Assembly: GCA_905331295.1 (NCBI GenBank)
Contig: CAJNYD010000044.1
Location: 1-64,000 of the forward strand
DNA: 64,000 nucleotides
From: Rotaria socialis
Lineage: Eukaryota
Reading direction: 5' to 3'
Positions 1 to 12,590 of the stretch are shown here, piece after piece (position 1 is the first letter of the stretch; each line of letters opens with the position of its first letter). The position numbers were made by a program, and so were the translations under genes. Below the pieces are notes generated by a model. It was not told the origin of the DNA. It worked only from the letters and a program-made list of their open reading frames with translations, and made no database searches.

Positions 1-415
1 GACAGGTTCAAGTTGTTGAAGTGTTGCAAGTACAAAAACAGCCGTTTTACCCATACCCGATTTGGCTTGACATACAATATCTGTACCAAGAATAGCTTGC
101 GGAATAGATTCATGTTGAACTATAGAATAAATAAATAAATTTGTTTGGCAAGTTTTTTTTTTGTCTTCATATAAAACCTTCCGATGGATGTTCAAAACCA
201 CAATCCATAATAGAACGAAGTAATTCAGGTTTAAGAAGAAAATCTTTAAAACCGCTAGCATGTATGGATACATATGAACCTCGCACAGCTCCACTTTGCG
301 TACCAGTTGAACTTCCATTTTGTATTGATATTACACCATTATTACCATTTTTATCTTCTTTTCGTGGTACATCATCTGTTTCATCATAATCAAGAAGATC
401 TTGTTCATCAGTCAT
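1..415 (-). CDS. DDX39B: DEAD-box RNA helicase UAP56/DDX39B, 5' part (exon 415-178, exon 119-1; continues beyond the window)
   Basis: [12 protein letters not shown]...[34 protein letters not shown], spliced over a GT-AG intron (177-120) to [40 protein letters not shown]. Contains the Q motif and the Walker A motif of UAP56. Confidence 0.95.
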
Positions 416-1016
416 TATTTATTATTTATCTGAAAGTACTTTTTCATTTAATTATTATTATTATTATTTTAGTTTCATCTAAAAGAAAAGCAAACATCAA
501 TAGATGCTATTTTATATTCGTATGTATAAGAATTTAAATAAAGATATTAGAAAAAACAAACAAACAAACAAACAAACATCATCATTCGTATATTATCATT
601 GAGAAAAATGACAAAAAAAAGAGAATATTTGTATATTCACTGTTATTTGTGATGCATACGAATGCATAAAGCATTAAAAACACATACACAGAAAATGCAA
701 TAAAGACAAAAAAATGAACAGGAAATAAAAATGTTGGTCTATCGAAATAATGCAATTATATCAGTTTTACACTCACAGACAGATCTTTGGAATGCGCAAG
801 GAAAGAAGGATATTTATATATACAAAGTCAGAGAAAGAGAGAGAGAGAGGTAGATAGAAATGTTATCGAAAGAGAATAATAATGATAAATGTACAATTTT
901 GAAAAAGAAAACACTCAGACTAATGACATCGTAAAAGACGTTTTACAGAAACAAAAGAAATACATTTGGTTTTATTTCGTTTTAAGTGAGAGAAAAAAAT
1001 AGACGAGATCGATTTT

Positions 1017-4000
1017 CTATGAGGCTGTTACAATTGTTTGTTGTGATGTAACGGGTGGCGTATGAGGTTCTTGCTTTTTTTCAGCTATAACTTGATTATT
1101 CGTTGACGAAGAATAGTTATTAGCATTTGCAGTTGAAGGAGTTAAAGTTGAACAATTCTAAAAGAAAAGAAACTCTTCTAATAGGTTCAATACACTTTCT
1201 GTAATGACGCAAATGTGTAATCATCATGCTTATCTACTACATCTTTTCAGTAGCTACAAAAATATTAAAATTATTGCTTCTTGTTCATAGGAGTTTCTAT
1301 TCAATAGAAAAATGAATCTATTTAACAATGTTTATATTTTCAAAAAGTTTTCTCGAATCGAAGTATTCTCAATACAATGAAACAAATCTCATAATTAGAA
1401 TAGAATTATTTGAATAGCTGTCGTATTAGGAATGACCACTGTTTTTTATTTCACTATGAATCATTTTTCGAAACAAAATTGATTTCTACAAGAACTATTC
1501 GAAAGTACTATTTAAAATAAATCATTTGGTTTTAAACACTAAATTGATACATAACTTTGGTTTAAACTGAAAAAAATTATTTTATGAACTATTTGTTTTA
1601 CCTATACAAAATGATGGCAAACATTTCTTTATTTTATATTTTGAAATACTTCGGTATTTCTTTTCCAGTAACTGTTTAAGAGAATATCTTTAAGTGGCAA
1701 CATTAATTCCTATTGCGCAAAGACTCCCTATTGAAATTTGATTGTATTTTTTTATCAGCTGTAAGTCATTATTCAGATGGAACGGACGTGCTCGCATTCA
1801 AATTTTTGATTCATTAGTTTAATTCGCATCAAGTCATCATCGACTAGATTTTTCAGTTATGCAAAAAATCTCTCTAATTAATGATGTGCTCATTTTTATG
1901 TGAATGAATTAAATTAAATGTATTCAATCATACCTGATTATGACTGTTGCCTGAAGGAGTCTGTGGAGAATTATTATTTGTAGCTGAAATTCTTTTCCCA
2001 GCTACTGATAATTCACCATTAATTGGTGTTAACGGTGGCGGTTGATTATTTAAAAACATTGACGGCAATTGTTGTTGCTGCTGCTGCTGCTGTGGTGATC
2101 CAGGATATGATATCTGTTCCCGTTTAATCTGATTTGGATTTAATATTTGAGAAGAATTTTGATTGAACTGTTGTTTAGGATGAAGTAATGATTGAAGATT
2201 AGGATTTTGTTGATATCCTTGAGGCATAGAATGCATCAGAGAATGATATTGAGATGATACACCATTTGGATCATATTGTGTATTTTCAAGTCGAGTTATA
2301 TACCGCTCATCTTCATCGTCCATTTCACCACCCATTAATGTTGGTTCACCAACAATCATTACATCCTAAACTCATATATTAGTAAATCAAAATTTAAATT
2401 TAAATTTTCGTACTCCTGGCATATTATTATTTATTGGTAATGCTGCAGGTTGAGAGTATATATTATTATTATTATTATTATTAGCAGCAGGTGAACGTTT
2501 TTTTGTTGGTGTTGTACAATTGGTTATATTAGACTCTTTATTAGGAGTTACAGCCGTACTATTAACTGTTGTGGTTTTTCGTTTTCGTCTAGGTTTTGTT
2601 GTTGGTCGATTATCTAGTAATTGAGAGATATGAAAAAACAGTTCCCTGACATCTGTTTTATGTACCTGAGCAAGTTTTTGACCAACGTTGATGTAAAATT
2701 GTTTTTAAACAATCACGTGGTGAGAATGTTGTAGTTTTATGGCGAGACATTAATTCTTGCATGGGTTCCAAAATTTCACATAACTATTATACACGAAAAT
2801 GTAAAATTCTAAAAATAGACGGACATACAATTTTACCCTGAGAAAATTTAGCATTGATGATGTTAATCCATTGCGAGTGAAATTTTTTGATAATTGATCA
2901 AGATAAATTGGATTATCGGTCTAAAAATAAACTTACCATTCGAAGTTTTTACTTTATTAAATAATAACAATAAGGGCAAAAACGTTTTGCATTTTTTCAT
3001 GTCATCAGTAAGTGAAATTTTTCTTTTTCTACATGGTAAAAATGGAGTTTTCTCACAATTATCTCAATATTTTTTAGTTGTCACTCTTTACAACATATAG
3101 ATCCTCACGAGTATGGATTGCCCACAAAAATGAATACTGCAGTTTTAGAACACTGACGTTAAACTCAACGATAGCGGTTTATATAATTTTAACTTCAAGT
3201 TTTCTGAACAAATACAACATGAATGGCACCATTTGGTTATAAGAATTTCAAATTATTAGATTCTTTGTATTTTAATATGGCAATAAAACAAGCGTAAAAA
3301 TTATAGCTTTAATAGGCAAAACTCAAACATTCAGTCATATTGTTCTTAATAGGAGTAAAACGAGAAATCCCCATTTCACAATACTGTCGTCATGACAGTG
3401 TCATCATTATTGAGATTAATCTTTGTGCCCAGTTTTACCTTGAAAATAACTATTGTTTGATTTCTATGATATCAGCATAAAACTACAAAAAAGGCAAATT
3501 GCATCATCTCAATAACGCACATTTTTCTCACGATAGTCATAATTCACCCGAATGTATACAATATGCAAAGTTTCGATTCGAATACTAGCATAAAATGATG
3601 GCCACTTTGTGGCAGATAAACTTAGTGTTAACGTATGATTAGTTTTAGAGGAAGATAGTAATCAACAGATAAGAACGTAGATTTTGTGAGACTTCGGATA
3701 GCAAAAGATATTACTATAGTTTTCTTCGGTTTGCTTTCGAAAACTTTGTCTTTGCAATCTCTGTTATTCACAATCGAATTACTACCGAACGCTTTTCACA
3801 GATGTAAGAATTTCGATGTCAACTTAATTTCATAGCAACTGTTGTGAACGGTTACGTATACTATCGATCTCACAAATATGGTAACAAGCAACGTACACAA
3901 TGAATCTGTACTAAGTAAGCTTTCCTTACCATTCAACCAAACTTATACTAAATCATGAAATAGTATATAGAAATGTATAATGTATGAAAATTGAATAGTT

Positions 4001-4917
4001 GTGAAGAGTAGATTTATACATACCGGTATAGCAACAACACTTCGTGGAATTAATTCTCGATATTGTTTTATTGTAAAATTCCATGACTTTATACGCATTA
4101 AGTCGTCAAACGTAAATTCAATATTAAAATGTCCTTCATTGCAAACCTAACAAAAAAAAATTAAAATCGTAAAAATTCGTTTGTATACATCTTCTTTAAA
4201 TTTACTTTAATGAATGATGGCTTTCCAAAGCAGGTTATCAATGAACCCTGTTCACAATCGAGAGATATACTTGGGTTATGGAATATTTCTTTTGCTTGTT
4301 TTAATAAAAAATAAACTTCACTAACACCACCTTCAAATAATGTATGGAAAAATCGAGGAATCAAAAGACGGCCAATATCTTAAATGAAATTACAAAAATT
4401 ATTTCCGATTTAGATGAGCAAATAGCTAAGATATATATATATATATATTCATACTAAATCGTTTTGGTCCATCTTCCATACACATTGATATTGATAATGT
4501 TGCATCGTCTTCAAAGAATTCATTGACAAATGAGTCCCACCAAAGATTATCACAATCCTAAGTATATTCATATATGTAGTTAAAAAACGGAATCCTTTAA
4601 TTCTTACTTCTGTTCGCATGGATAAACGCTTATTTAAATCGTACATTCGATATTCAGGTGATGTCGGAGGAGAGAACGACGGTCGAAACTGTCTCATATG
4701 TTGTGGTCTACAAAGACAAAACAAAATAAGAAAGTTGATGCGAGAAATAAAAACAAAATCATCGTACGGAAAATGTAAATCTCGTGGCGGCATAAGTGAA
4801 AAACGTCCTGGATGATTATGAATTGCGAGGGATGGCGGAGGTGGACCTTGCCAAAGTCCACCTGGACCAGGCGAGTCTATAAGACTTGGTTGGAATCCAC
4901 TTGGATCCACTTTTGAT
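1017..4917 (-). CDS. LDB1: LIM domain-binding protein (LDB1/2, Chip); multi-exon, first coding exon and start not resolved (upstream of 4917)
   Basis: Dimerisation domain PEYRMYDLNKRL...WWDSFVNEFFEDDA...LIPRFFHTLFEGGVSE...DLMRIKSW...EILEPMQELMSRHK. LIM-interaction domain VMIVGEPTLMGGEMDDEDERYITRLEN. Stop TAG at 1019-1017. Confidence 0.92.
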
Positions 4918-5907
4918 CTGAAAAAGAATTTTTTAATAAAAAAAAAAACGTTCAAAATAATGCAAGAAATTAACAATGATGAACTAACCGATTGCAAAAT
5001 TTATCCACGGCAAGATTAAATTTTCTTCCTAGTTCTTTCTCGTTATCTACGTTTCGTCAATACAGTGAACAGACACCATTCGAAGAATACATGTTGTATA
5101 ACATTTGAATAGCATGTTTTGTTTCATTTTTTTTCTGCTCTACGAAATACTGATGCCATGTTGCTCTTGTGTCATTTATCTATATCCTCCTTATTTTCTC
5201 TTTTTTGTCGTATTTCTTCCAATTACAAAAAGTTAATATTCAATTAGAAAACCTTCATTTATAAAAAAAAGAATAACTTTTCTATCCACGCAATTTATAA
5301 AAAGAATTGTTTATTTTTATAGAAAAAAATCAAGCAACACATCGAATAGATGTCACTAACACCGACACAAGAGACGAGAATACCTGAAATAGAGAATATA
5401 AACAATGATAGTTGCAACGAAAAGATTAGGCGAAGGTTTTTTTAAAGATTAATATTTAAAATATTTCTCTGTACTGATGTAAACAATTGAAGAAATACTA
5501 ATATTAATAAAAAAAATATTTTATTTTTATTTTCACTAAAATTAAGCCTTGACGGCATATTTTTTATCCAAATGCGTAATTAACCATAACAGCGTGAGCT
5601 GAGTCGTGCAAAATAAAATAAGGTTTATTTTCTTAATTTGATTAATTGAAATTTTTAATTCATATTGATCGATTAAATTTAAAAAATCAAATTTAATTAA
5701 ATGTCTTCATTATTGGTTCTATTTTAATCAATCATAAATAATGTTTTTTTTTTGTGCAAGGCATTGGTGTCTTATTGATTATACGGATGACTAGGCAAAA
5801 ATAATGTTTATCGTGTTTCCTTTCTGCAAAAAAAAATTCAATCTTCTATACGAATAGCGAAATTAGCATTTTTTTAATAGAAAATTAATGATAGCTGTTT
5901 GTAGACA

Positions 5908-8241
5908 ATGAAAAACATTGGTCTATATGTTACTTTGATTAATTTCTCTTTGTTATTTGTATTGTCTGGTTCATCTTATTTACCGCAATGGTCATCACTC
6001 GATACAAGACCATTACCCAGCTGGTATGATCAATCTAAAGTCGGTATTTTTATACACTGGGGTGTCTTTAGTGTTCCATCAATTGACCCCGAAGCATGGT
6101 AAGGAACGAAGTTATTATTTTTGCGAAACTAATTGAACTATATGTCAATTCATGACGACCTGCACAGAAATAAGTTAAACTGACTTCCATCGCTACTTTC
6201 AGATAATAGATAGAATGTATTCATGCACAGCATGGATATTTACTAATTTGATTTTTTCTTCTCTTATTCCATTTACTAAACAACAATATAAACCTGAGTG
6301 GTCTTCATTAGACCAACGTCCATTACCTGCATGGTATGATGAGAGCAAAATAGGAATATTTATTCATTGGGGTGTTTTCAGTGTTCCATCTGTTTATTCC
6401 GAATGGTATGTTTTTCTAATTTTTGATCTTGCCAATATTAATTACTTGTGCACAAAAACATGCAGCAATAAAATGTCTTTCTAATTCTATCTAGGATGTG
6501 GTGGGCATGGAAAGGAGATAATCCAAATCCTGATACAGTTGCTTTTATGAATAAAAATTACCCACCGGATTGGACATATGCAGATTTTGCTTCACAATTT
6601 CGTGCTGAATTCTATAGTTAGTAGAAAAGATTAGCATTCTCTTGTGTAACAAGCTGCAGTTTTCACTTGTAGATCCCAATGAGTGGGCTGATATTTTTGC
6701 TGCATCTGGTGCCAAGTACGTACATATCATTACTTTTGTAATCATTGTTCTCGTTTTCTCATTATTTTTTAGATACGTCGTTCTCACTAGCAAGGTCTCC
6801 TACTTATAATAGATATATTTGCTCTTTGATACGTTTCAATTTCTCATGTAAAACAGCATCATGAAGGTTTCACAATGTGGCCATCAAAATATTCATTCAA
6901 CTGGAATGCCATGGACGTTGGCCCAAAACGCGATTTACTCGGTAAATATTCCGTGTCATATGCCTAAAATTCTCATGGTTATTTTCAGGTGATCTCGCAA
7001 ATGCTATTCGAAATCGAACTGATATTGTTTTTGGTCTATATCATTCAATGTTTGAATGGTTTCATCCTTTGTACCTTGAAGATAAAAAAAATGGTTTTAA
7101 AACACAAATGTTTCCTTTTGTATGATAAGAATTAAATGAAAACGAGATGACAAAAGAATATAAATACTTTATTGTAGGGTAAAACATTGCCCGAATTAAA
7201 AGAAATCGTTGAAACATACAAACCATCCGTGATATGGTCTGATGGTGATTGGGGTTTGTACATGAAACATACTTTAGCTTAGAATGAATCCTTTCTACGT
7301 ATCTCTTAGAGGCATCCGATGAGTATTGGAATTCGACAGGATTCCTTGCATGGCTTTACAATGAAAGTCCTGTCAGAGATACAGTAGTACGTATGATGAG
7401 TTTTGAAAAGAGAGGAATTCGCAAAAAAAACTCTATTGATTCTATATTGAAGGTTGTTAATGATCGTTGGGGTAGTGGAATTCCATGTCAACATGGCGGT
7501 TTTTACACATGCGCCGATCGATACAATCCAGGGCATCTTGTTACACATAAATGGGAAGATTGTTTCACAGTATGTGGCTTCCTTGGTTTATTTCTATCTA
7601 ATGAAAGGATTTCGATAGATCGACAAGAGTTCATGGGGTTATGTTCGTACATCAAGCGCAAATGATTATCTTACAATTGAAGAAATTCTTGATCAAATTA
7701 TTACCACTGTGAGGTAGTTAAACTGTTTGTTATTGTTGTATCCTTCGTATAATTTGATTTCTAGTACGGGAGGTAATGTACTGATCAATGTTGGTCCAAN
7801 AACGTCTCCGACAAATGGGTTCATGGTTAAAAGTGAATGGCGAAGCTATCTACAGTAGTATTCCATGGAAATATCAGAACGATACTATCAACAAAAATGT
7901 TTGGTAAAGTTTTATGTTTAGAAAAGATATGACAATATCGAATTTTTTTCGTTTCCCTTGAAAGGTATACATCGTCGAAAGATAAAGAATTTGTTTATGC
8001 AAGTCTTCTTGATTGGTCAAAGAATACGAGCGAAATATTGTTAGGCGCTCCGGTCAGTTCATCGAGTACACGTGTAACACTTCTTGGTTCAGATATGGTT
8101 CCTCTAAATTGGCATCCCGCGAGCGCAAGTGGTGGTATTATCATTGATGTATCAAATGTAAAAATCTATTCGCTTGCAAGTGATTGGGCATGGGTTTTCA
8201 AATTAGAAAATATTAGTTATGATGTATCTAAGGAAAAATGA
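5908..8241 (+). CDS. FUCA: Alpha-L-fucosidase (GH29), copy 1, with two alternative first exons (5908-6098 and 6215-6405); assembly N at 7800
   Basis: Signal peptide + [26 protein letters not shown], then [24 protein letters not shown] (catalytic nucleophile Asp), VNDRWG and [10 protein letters not shown]. Canonical introns, including a 22-nt microexon at 6773-6794. Confidence 0.95.
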
Positions 8242-9058
8242 AAAATGACGTCTATGATAACTATTCAAGATCCGTTGAATTAATTAGAACGTCTGACGAT
8301 CGTTGCTTTTTTTGTTATGTGATTTTTTCTCTCTGACGGTTGATTTTTTTCTGTACGGTGTATAATTCAATAATATTCTGATTTAATTATGCATGCGGTT
8401 TTTATTCGTTTGGGTTATGAAATAGTTATCTATGCTAAAAAGTATAAACTGCGTGATAAACTACGGCTAAAATATAAATTAATGAAGCGACTTCAGGAAA
8501 GTTGATCGAACGATAAATTGTAATAAAGTAAAAGGTCTAAAGAAAATATATTTATAAAACGAGACTTTTCACTATGGGGTTAAGTCAAAATTAAAATAAA
8601 TAGAATTACACCAATGATAAACATCATGAAGTTTGTATGGTATCAATTTTTTATTTAATACTGAATCTGTAATTGATAAGATAATGTGTTGAGTATGGTT
8701 AATTTAGGAGATGCTTTTGCTTTTATGAATAAATTCTTTTCTTTTCTTTTCTTAATTATTAATCGATGATTTCGTCAAAATTGCCAGTCAGTTTTTCTCG
8801 CACTTCATACTTAACCACGAACTAAAGCATCTTACAAACAATAAACACATTTTATAATGATCTAATATGTTAAATAATTTTGCATGGAAAAAGCTTTATT
8901 TAGAAATATGCAAATAAAACCCTGCTCCCCATTTTATCTACAACATGTATATCTTATCATTCTATTCATGTTGCTTACACCTTTTGAATACCTTCAGATA
9001 TAAGCATTTTTGAGACACTGCATTCTCACCAGCGTGTATCTCTAACAAGAGAAGCAAC

Positions 9059-9514
9059 ATGCAATTTTTAACAACAGTTTTATTCGTCGTGGTACTTTAT
9101 AGCTCTATTTTACCATTTTCTCAGCAACAATATACACCAGATTGGAAATCATTAGATACACGTCCATTACCTGCGTGGTATGATGAAAGTAAAATCGGTA
9201 TCTTCATTCACTGGGGTGTTTTCAGTGTTCCATCATTCGAGTCTGAATGGTAGGCTTTGAACAAAAGGATGCTGAATCTTCAACTTACATTAAAATATAT
9301 CTATGCATATCTGTTGATTATCATTTTGTATAGGTTTTGGTGGGATTGGAAAGGAAGCAACCCCAGTCCTGCTGCTGTAGCTTTCATGAATAGAACTTAT
9401 CCACCGGATTGGACATATGCAGATTTTGCTTCACAATTTCGTGCTGAATTCTATAGTTAGTAGAAAAGATTAGCATTCTCTTGTGTAACAAGCTGCAGTT
9501 TTCACTTGTAGATC
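9059..9514 (+). CDS. FUCA: Alpha-L-fucosidase (GH29), copy 2; exons 1-2 and the start of exon 3, truncated by an assembly gap
   Basis: MQFLTTVLF...[40 protein letters not shown], spliced to [40 protein letters not shown]. Runs into a 100-N gap. Confidence 0.9.
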
Positions 9515-9614
9515 NNNNNNNNNNNNNNNNNNNNNNNNNNNNNNNNNNNNNNNNNNNNNNNNNNNNNNNNNNNNNNNNNNNNNNNNNNNNNNNNNNNNNN
9601 NNNNNNNNNNNNNN
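9515..9614. other. Assembly gap (100 N)
   Basis: Run of N. Confidence 1.
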
Positions 9615-9974
9615 CGTTAGCTTCTCTACGGTAATCAACGCGTTTAAAACTAACCCGTATTCATCAACTAGATTTCTACGCATTTATACCATGTCCAAAT
9701 CTACGCATATTTACTGTTTAAAAAACAACGAGTTGTTGACGCCTGAAAATGTGCGCTTTTCCAGATTTTTATCTACGTTAACTTTTCTACGCAAATTAAC
9801 GCTTGCAAAACCAAACCGTTTTCATCCCTTCGAAAACAACATCTTTTTACCCTTGATGACTCCACGCATTCTTAACGCCTCAAAATGCGCGCTTTCCCGA
9901 TTTTCACCTACGTAAACCTTTCTACGCCGAATAGCATATTAGCATACGTTACCCACTTGAGTATCTGCTATACG

Positions 9975-10290
9975 TTAATATGATGGGTAACATATAAGCA
10001 GATACCCATGCGGGTAACGTATCAACAGATACCCAAACGGGTAACATATAAACAGGGACCCAAATGAGTAACATATAAACAGATACCCAAATGAGTAATA
10101 TATAAACAGATACCCAAATGGGTAACGTATAAACAGGTACCCAAATGGGTAAAGCACCGAAAGATACCCCAAATGGGTAACACAAACGGATACCCAAGCG
10201 GGTNATAAAAAAATACCCAAAATGGGTAACGTGTAAACAGATACCCACGTGCGTAACATATGAATAGATACTCCAAGGGTTAACGTATGA
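9975..10290. repeat. 27-bp minisatellite, ~11 copies (AACAGATACCCAAATGGGTAACATATA)
   Basis: Visible tandem units. The overlapping ORFs show 9-aa periodicity. Each unit carries a TACCC-N4-GGGTA palindrome. Confidence 0.9.
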
Positions 10291-10579
10291 ACTGATAACC
10301 GATTTGGACTCAGCGACCCCGACAAGCTATAGGAAAGTTTGACCAGAATTGTGATTGGAGGTGAAATAAAAAGTCTACCTTGTGAATTTTGGACTCTAGT
10401 GCGACCGATTTTCTCAGCCATGAAAACTCAGAGGAAAAAACTGATAACATATTTGGACTCGGCGACCCCGATAAGCTATAGGAACGTTTGACATAGATAA
10501 TAAACTGGTGAGGAGTTAATTGCAAAAACTATGAAAGCTTCGCATAGTCTACGGAACGAAGACTGGTTCCGTTGACATT

Positions 10580-10960
10580 TTACGGAACTTTTTTCTAACT
10601 GAATAAAACGTGTTCATAATTTAACGGGTTCATACGAGTTAAATTTATTTGAATTACATGGAAAAACGAAATGTTTTGTAGCTCATAAAAACATGTTCAT
10701 AATTGAACGGGTAATTACGAATTTATTTTGTTTGAATCACATAAAAAAACGAACAAGTTTTTAACTCATAAAAACGTGTGCATGATTGAACGGGTAATTA
10801 CGAATTTAATTTCATTGAATCATATGAAAAAACGAAATATTTTCTAACTCAATAAAACGTGTGCATAATTGAACCGGTTAATACGAGTAGAATTCCTTTG
10901 AATTACGTCGAAAAACGATATATTTTTTAACTCAATAAAATGTGTTCATAATTGAATTCG
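10580..10960. repeat. 83-bp tandem repeat, ~4.5 copies
   Basis: The CAT(A/G)AT core recurs at 10615, 10698, 10781, 10864 and 10947, exactly 83 apart. Confidence 0.9.
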
Positions 10961-11650
10961 TTTATCAACGTAAAAGGAACTGAATCAACGCTAGTTAACA
11001 AAGATTTTTTTAATGGAAAAAAAGTCGTAGATAAATGTACGCTGAAAAACAGATGAGAAGTGCGTCAAAACGGCGTTTTCTTTTTCGGGATGCGTAGAAA
11101 CAGCGTTTTAGCGGATAAAAAACGCGTTGTTACGCGTTTTTTTGAGGGTCTTGTCTGTCTGGGTAGTGACATTTTCTAATTTGTCAAATATTTCATAAGT
11201 AGTCAATGGATTGCTTATATCTCAGTTTATTATTGTATCCGTAAACTCATATCTCTTTGAGAAATCAGTTGGTAACTTATGCAATTGCCAAACTCTCACT
11301 CAACAAATAACACATATAACTCACTGATTGTTTATTTAACATACATTGGAAGTTGATAAACATCGACTTTTGCTTATAGAACACTTACAAACAAACTTAC
11401 CGAAGATATTTTTCTCGTTTAAGTATGTATTCAATAGAATACTTGTTGTTTTTTACTTGTCGAGAATGTACACCACATGAAGTAACTATTGTAGGTCGTC
11501 GGTAAAATATCATTTCACAGTATAACAACATTTCTGTTATTATTCTTTATTTTACTAAAAAAAACGAAAATAAAATCTTATAAGTGTTAGACAGAAAAGT
11601 ATAAATACGGATATATTTTGTACAAATTTTTATTTGTTGATCACGTGAAA

Positions 11651-12590
11651 ATGCCAAGCAAACGACCCATTAAAGCATTCTATGTTCCGAAGAAAACAAT
11701 TCCAAGAGATATTTCACAAATATCGGGTATTTCTCCTATTCCATACAGGAGTCACAGTTTAGCCCCATCTCCATCATTGCACTTTGCTGATATAAATCAT
11801 TCTCCTAATCCTATGTCATATTCACCATTGGGACGAAGATCTCAAGTATCAAATTTCAGTCAACGAGAAAATAAGTCAACTTCATCAATACAGGCGTCAT
11901 CTACGAAACATGGCACTGAGGTGAATAAATGGAAACATTATAAAAGATGGTTATTAATCATTGGTGGCATATTAGTTGCTGTTTGCTTAATTGCACTTAT
12001 TGCATTGCTAAGTGTGATGATTAGTACTACGAAAAAAGGTAATATCAGTCAAAGTTCTGACTAAAAATGATATCTAAAACAAAACTATGATATAGTTAGA
12101 AGATTTTCTAGATATGAAAAAAAACAGTCGCTATTTGTCTTTATCTCACAATGACAGATTTGTAGATATTTTGATAATGCTAGCAATAATTCGTTATTAC
12201 CTATATTGTTGCATATTTGATATCAACTAAGACATCAATATATAAATTAATTCTATATCGATTTCTCTAGCGACAACAACAAGTACTACGACGACAACAA
12301 CGACCGAGACCACCGCCACAACAACTACGACGACATCAACGACATCAACGAGCACCCCGACGACTTCGACAAGGACCACGACAACGACTTCGACAAGGAC
12401 CACGACAACGGCTACGACAAGGACCACGACAACGGCTACGACAACGACCACAACAACAACAATAACAGTGACCACCACCACGACTTCGACGACTACTACA
12501 GCAACTACTACGACAACGACAACGACAACGACAACGACCACCTAAGACACCACAACGACCGCGTCAGAAACCATCACGATAACTATCTAA
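11651..12590 (+). pseudogene. Type II single-pass membrane protein with Thr-rich mucin stalk, truncated (exons 11651-12038 and 12271-~12545)
   Basis: Cytoplasmic N-terminus and TM segment WLLIIGGILVAVCLIALIALLSVMI. Spliced in frame (AAAG|GT...AG|CG) to ~90 mostly Thr codons, with an in-frame TAA inside the Thr run and more Thr codons after it. Confidence 0.6.

Larger units (their letters stand above)
9615..11163. mobile_element. Composite non-autonomous repeat element (left end in the gap) with internal minisatellites and a ...GTCTGTCTGGG terminus
   Basis: Several internal direct repeats (9740-9792 vs 9876-9927; ~10293-10345 vs ~10441-10492). The right end resembles the end at 16340-16388 (...ACGCGTTTTT...TTGTCTGACTGGG). 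Confidence 0.55.

Noticed and set aside
7795..7805. Apparent deletion/frameshift in fucosidase copy 1 (NVGP jumps to ERLRQMG)
   Set aside because: It coincides with an N, so it is an unresolved assembly gap rather than evidence of pseudogenisation.
9949..10421. Repetitive hydrophobic ORFs and a CRISPR-like appearance
   Set aside because: A 27-bp head-to-tail minisatellite with no unique spacers and no cas genes, in a eukaryotic context. The ORFs are open in several frames only because of the repeat.
12227..12541. Poly-valine ORF on the minus strand
   Set aside because: Antisense shadow of the Thr-rich exon on the plus strand.
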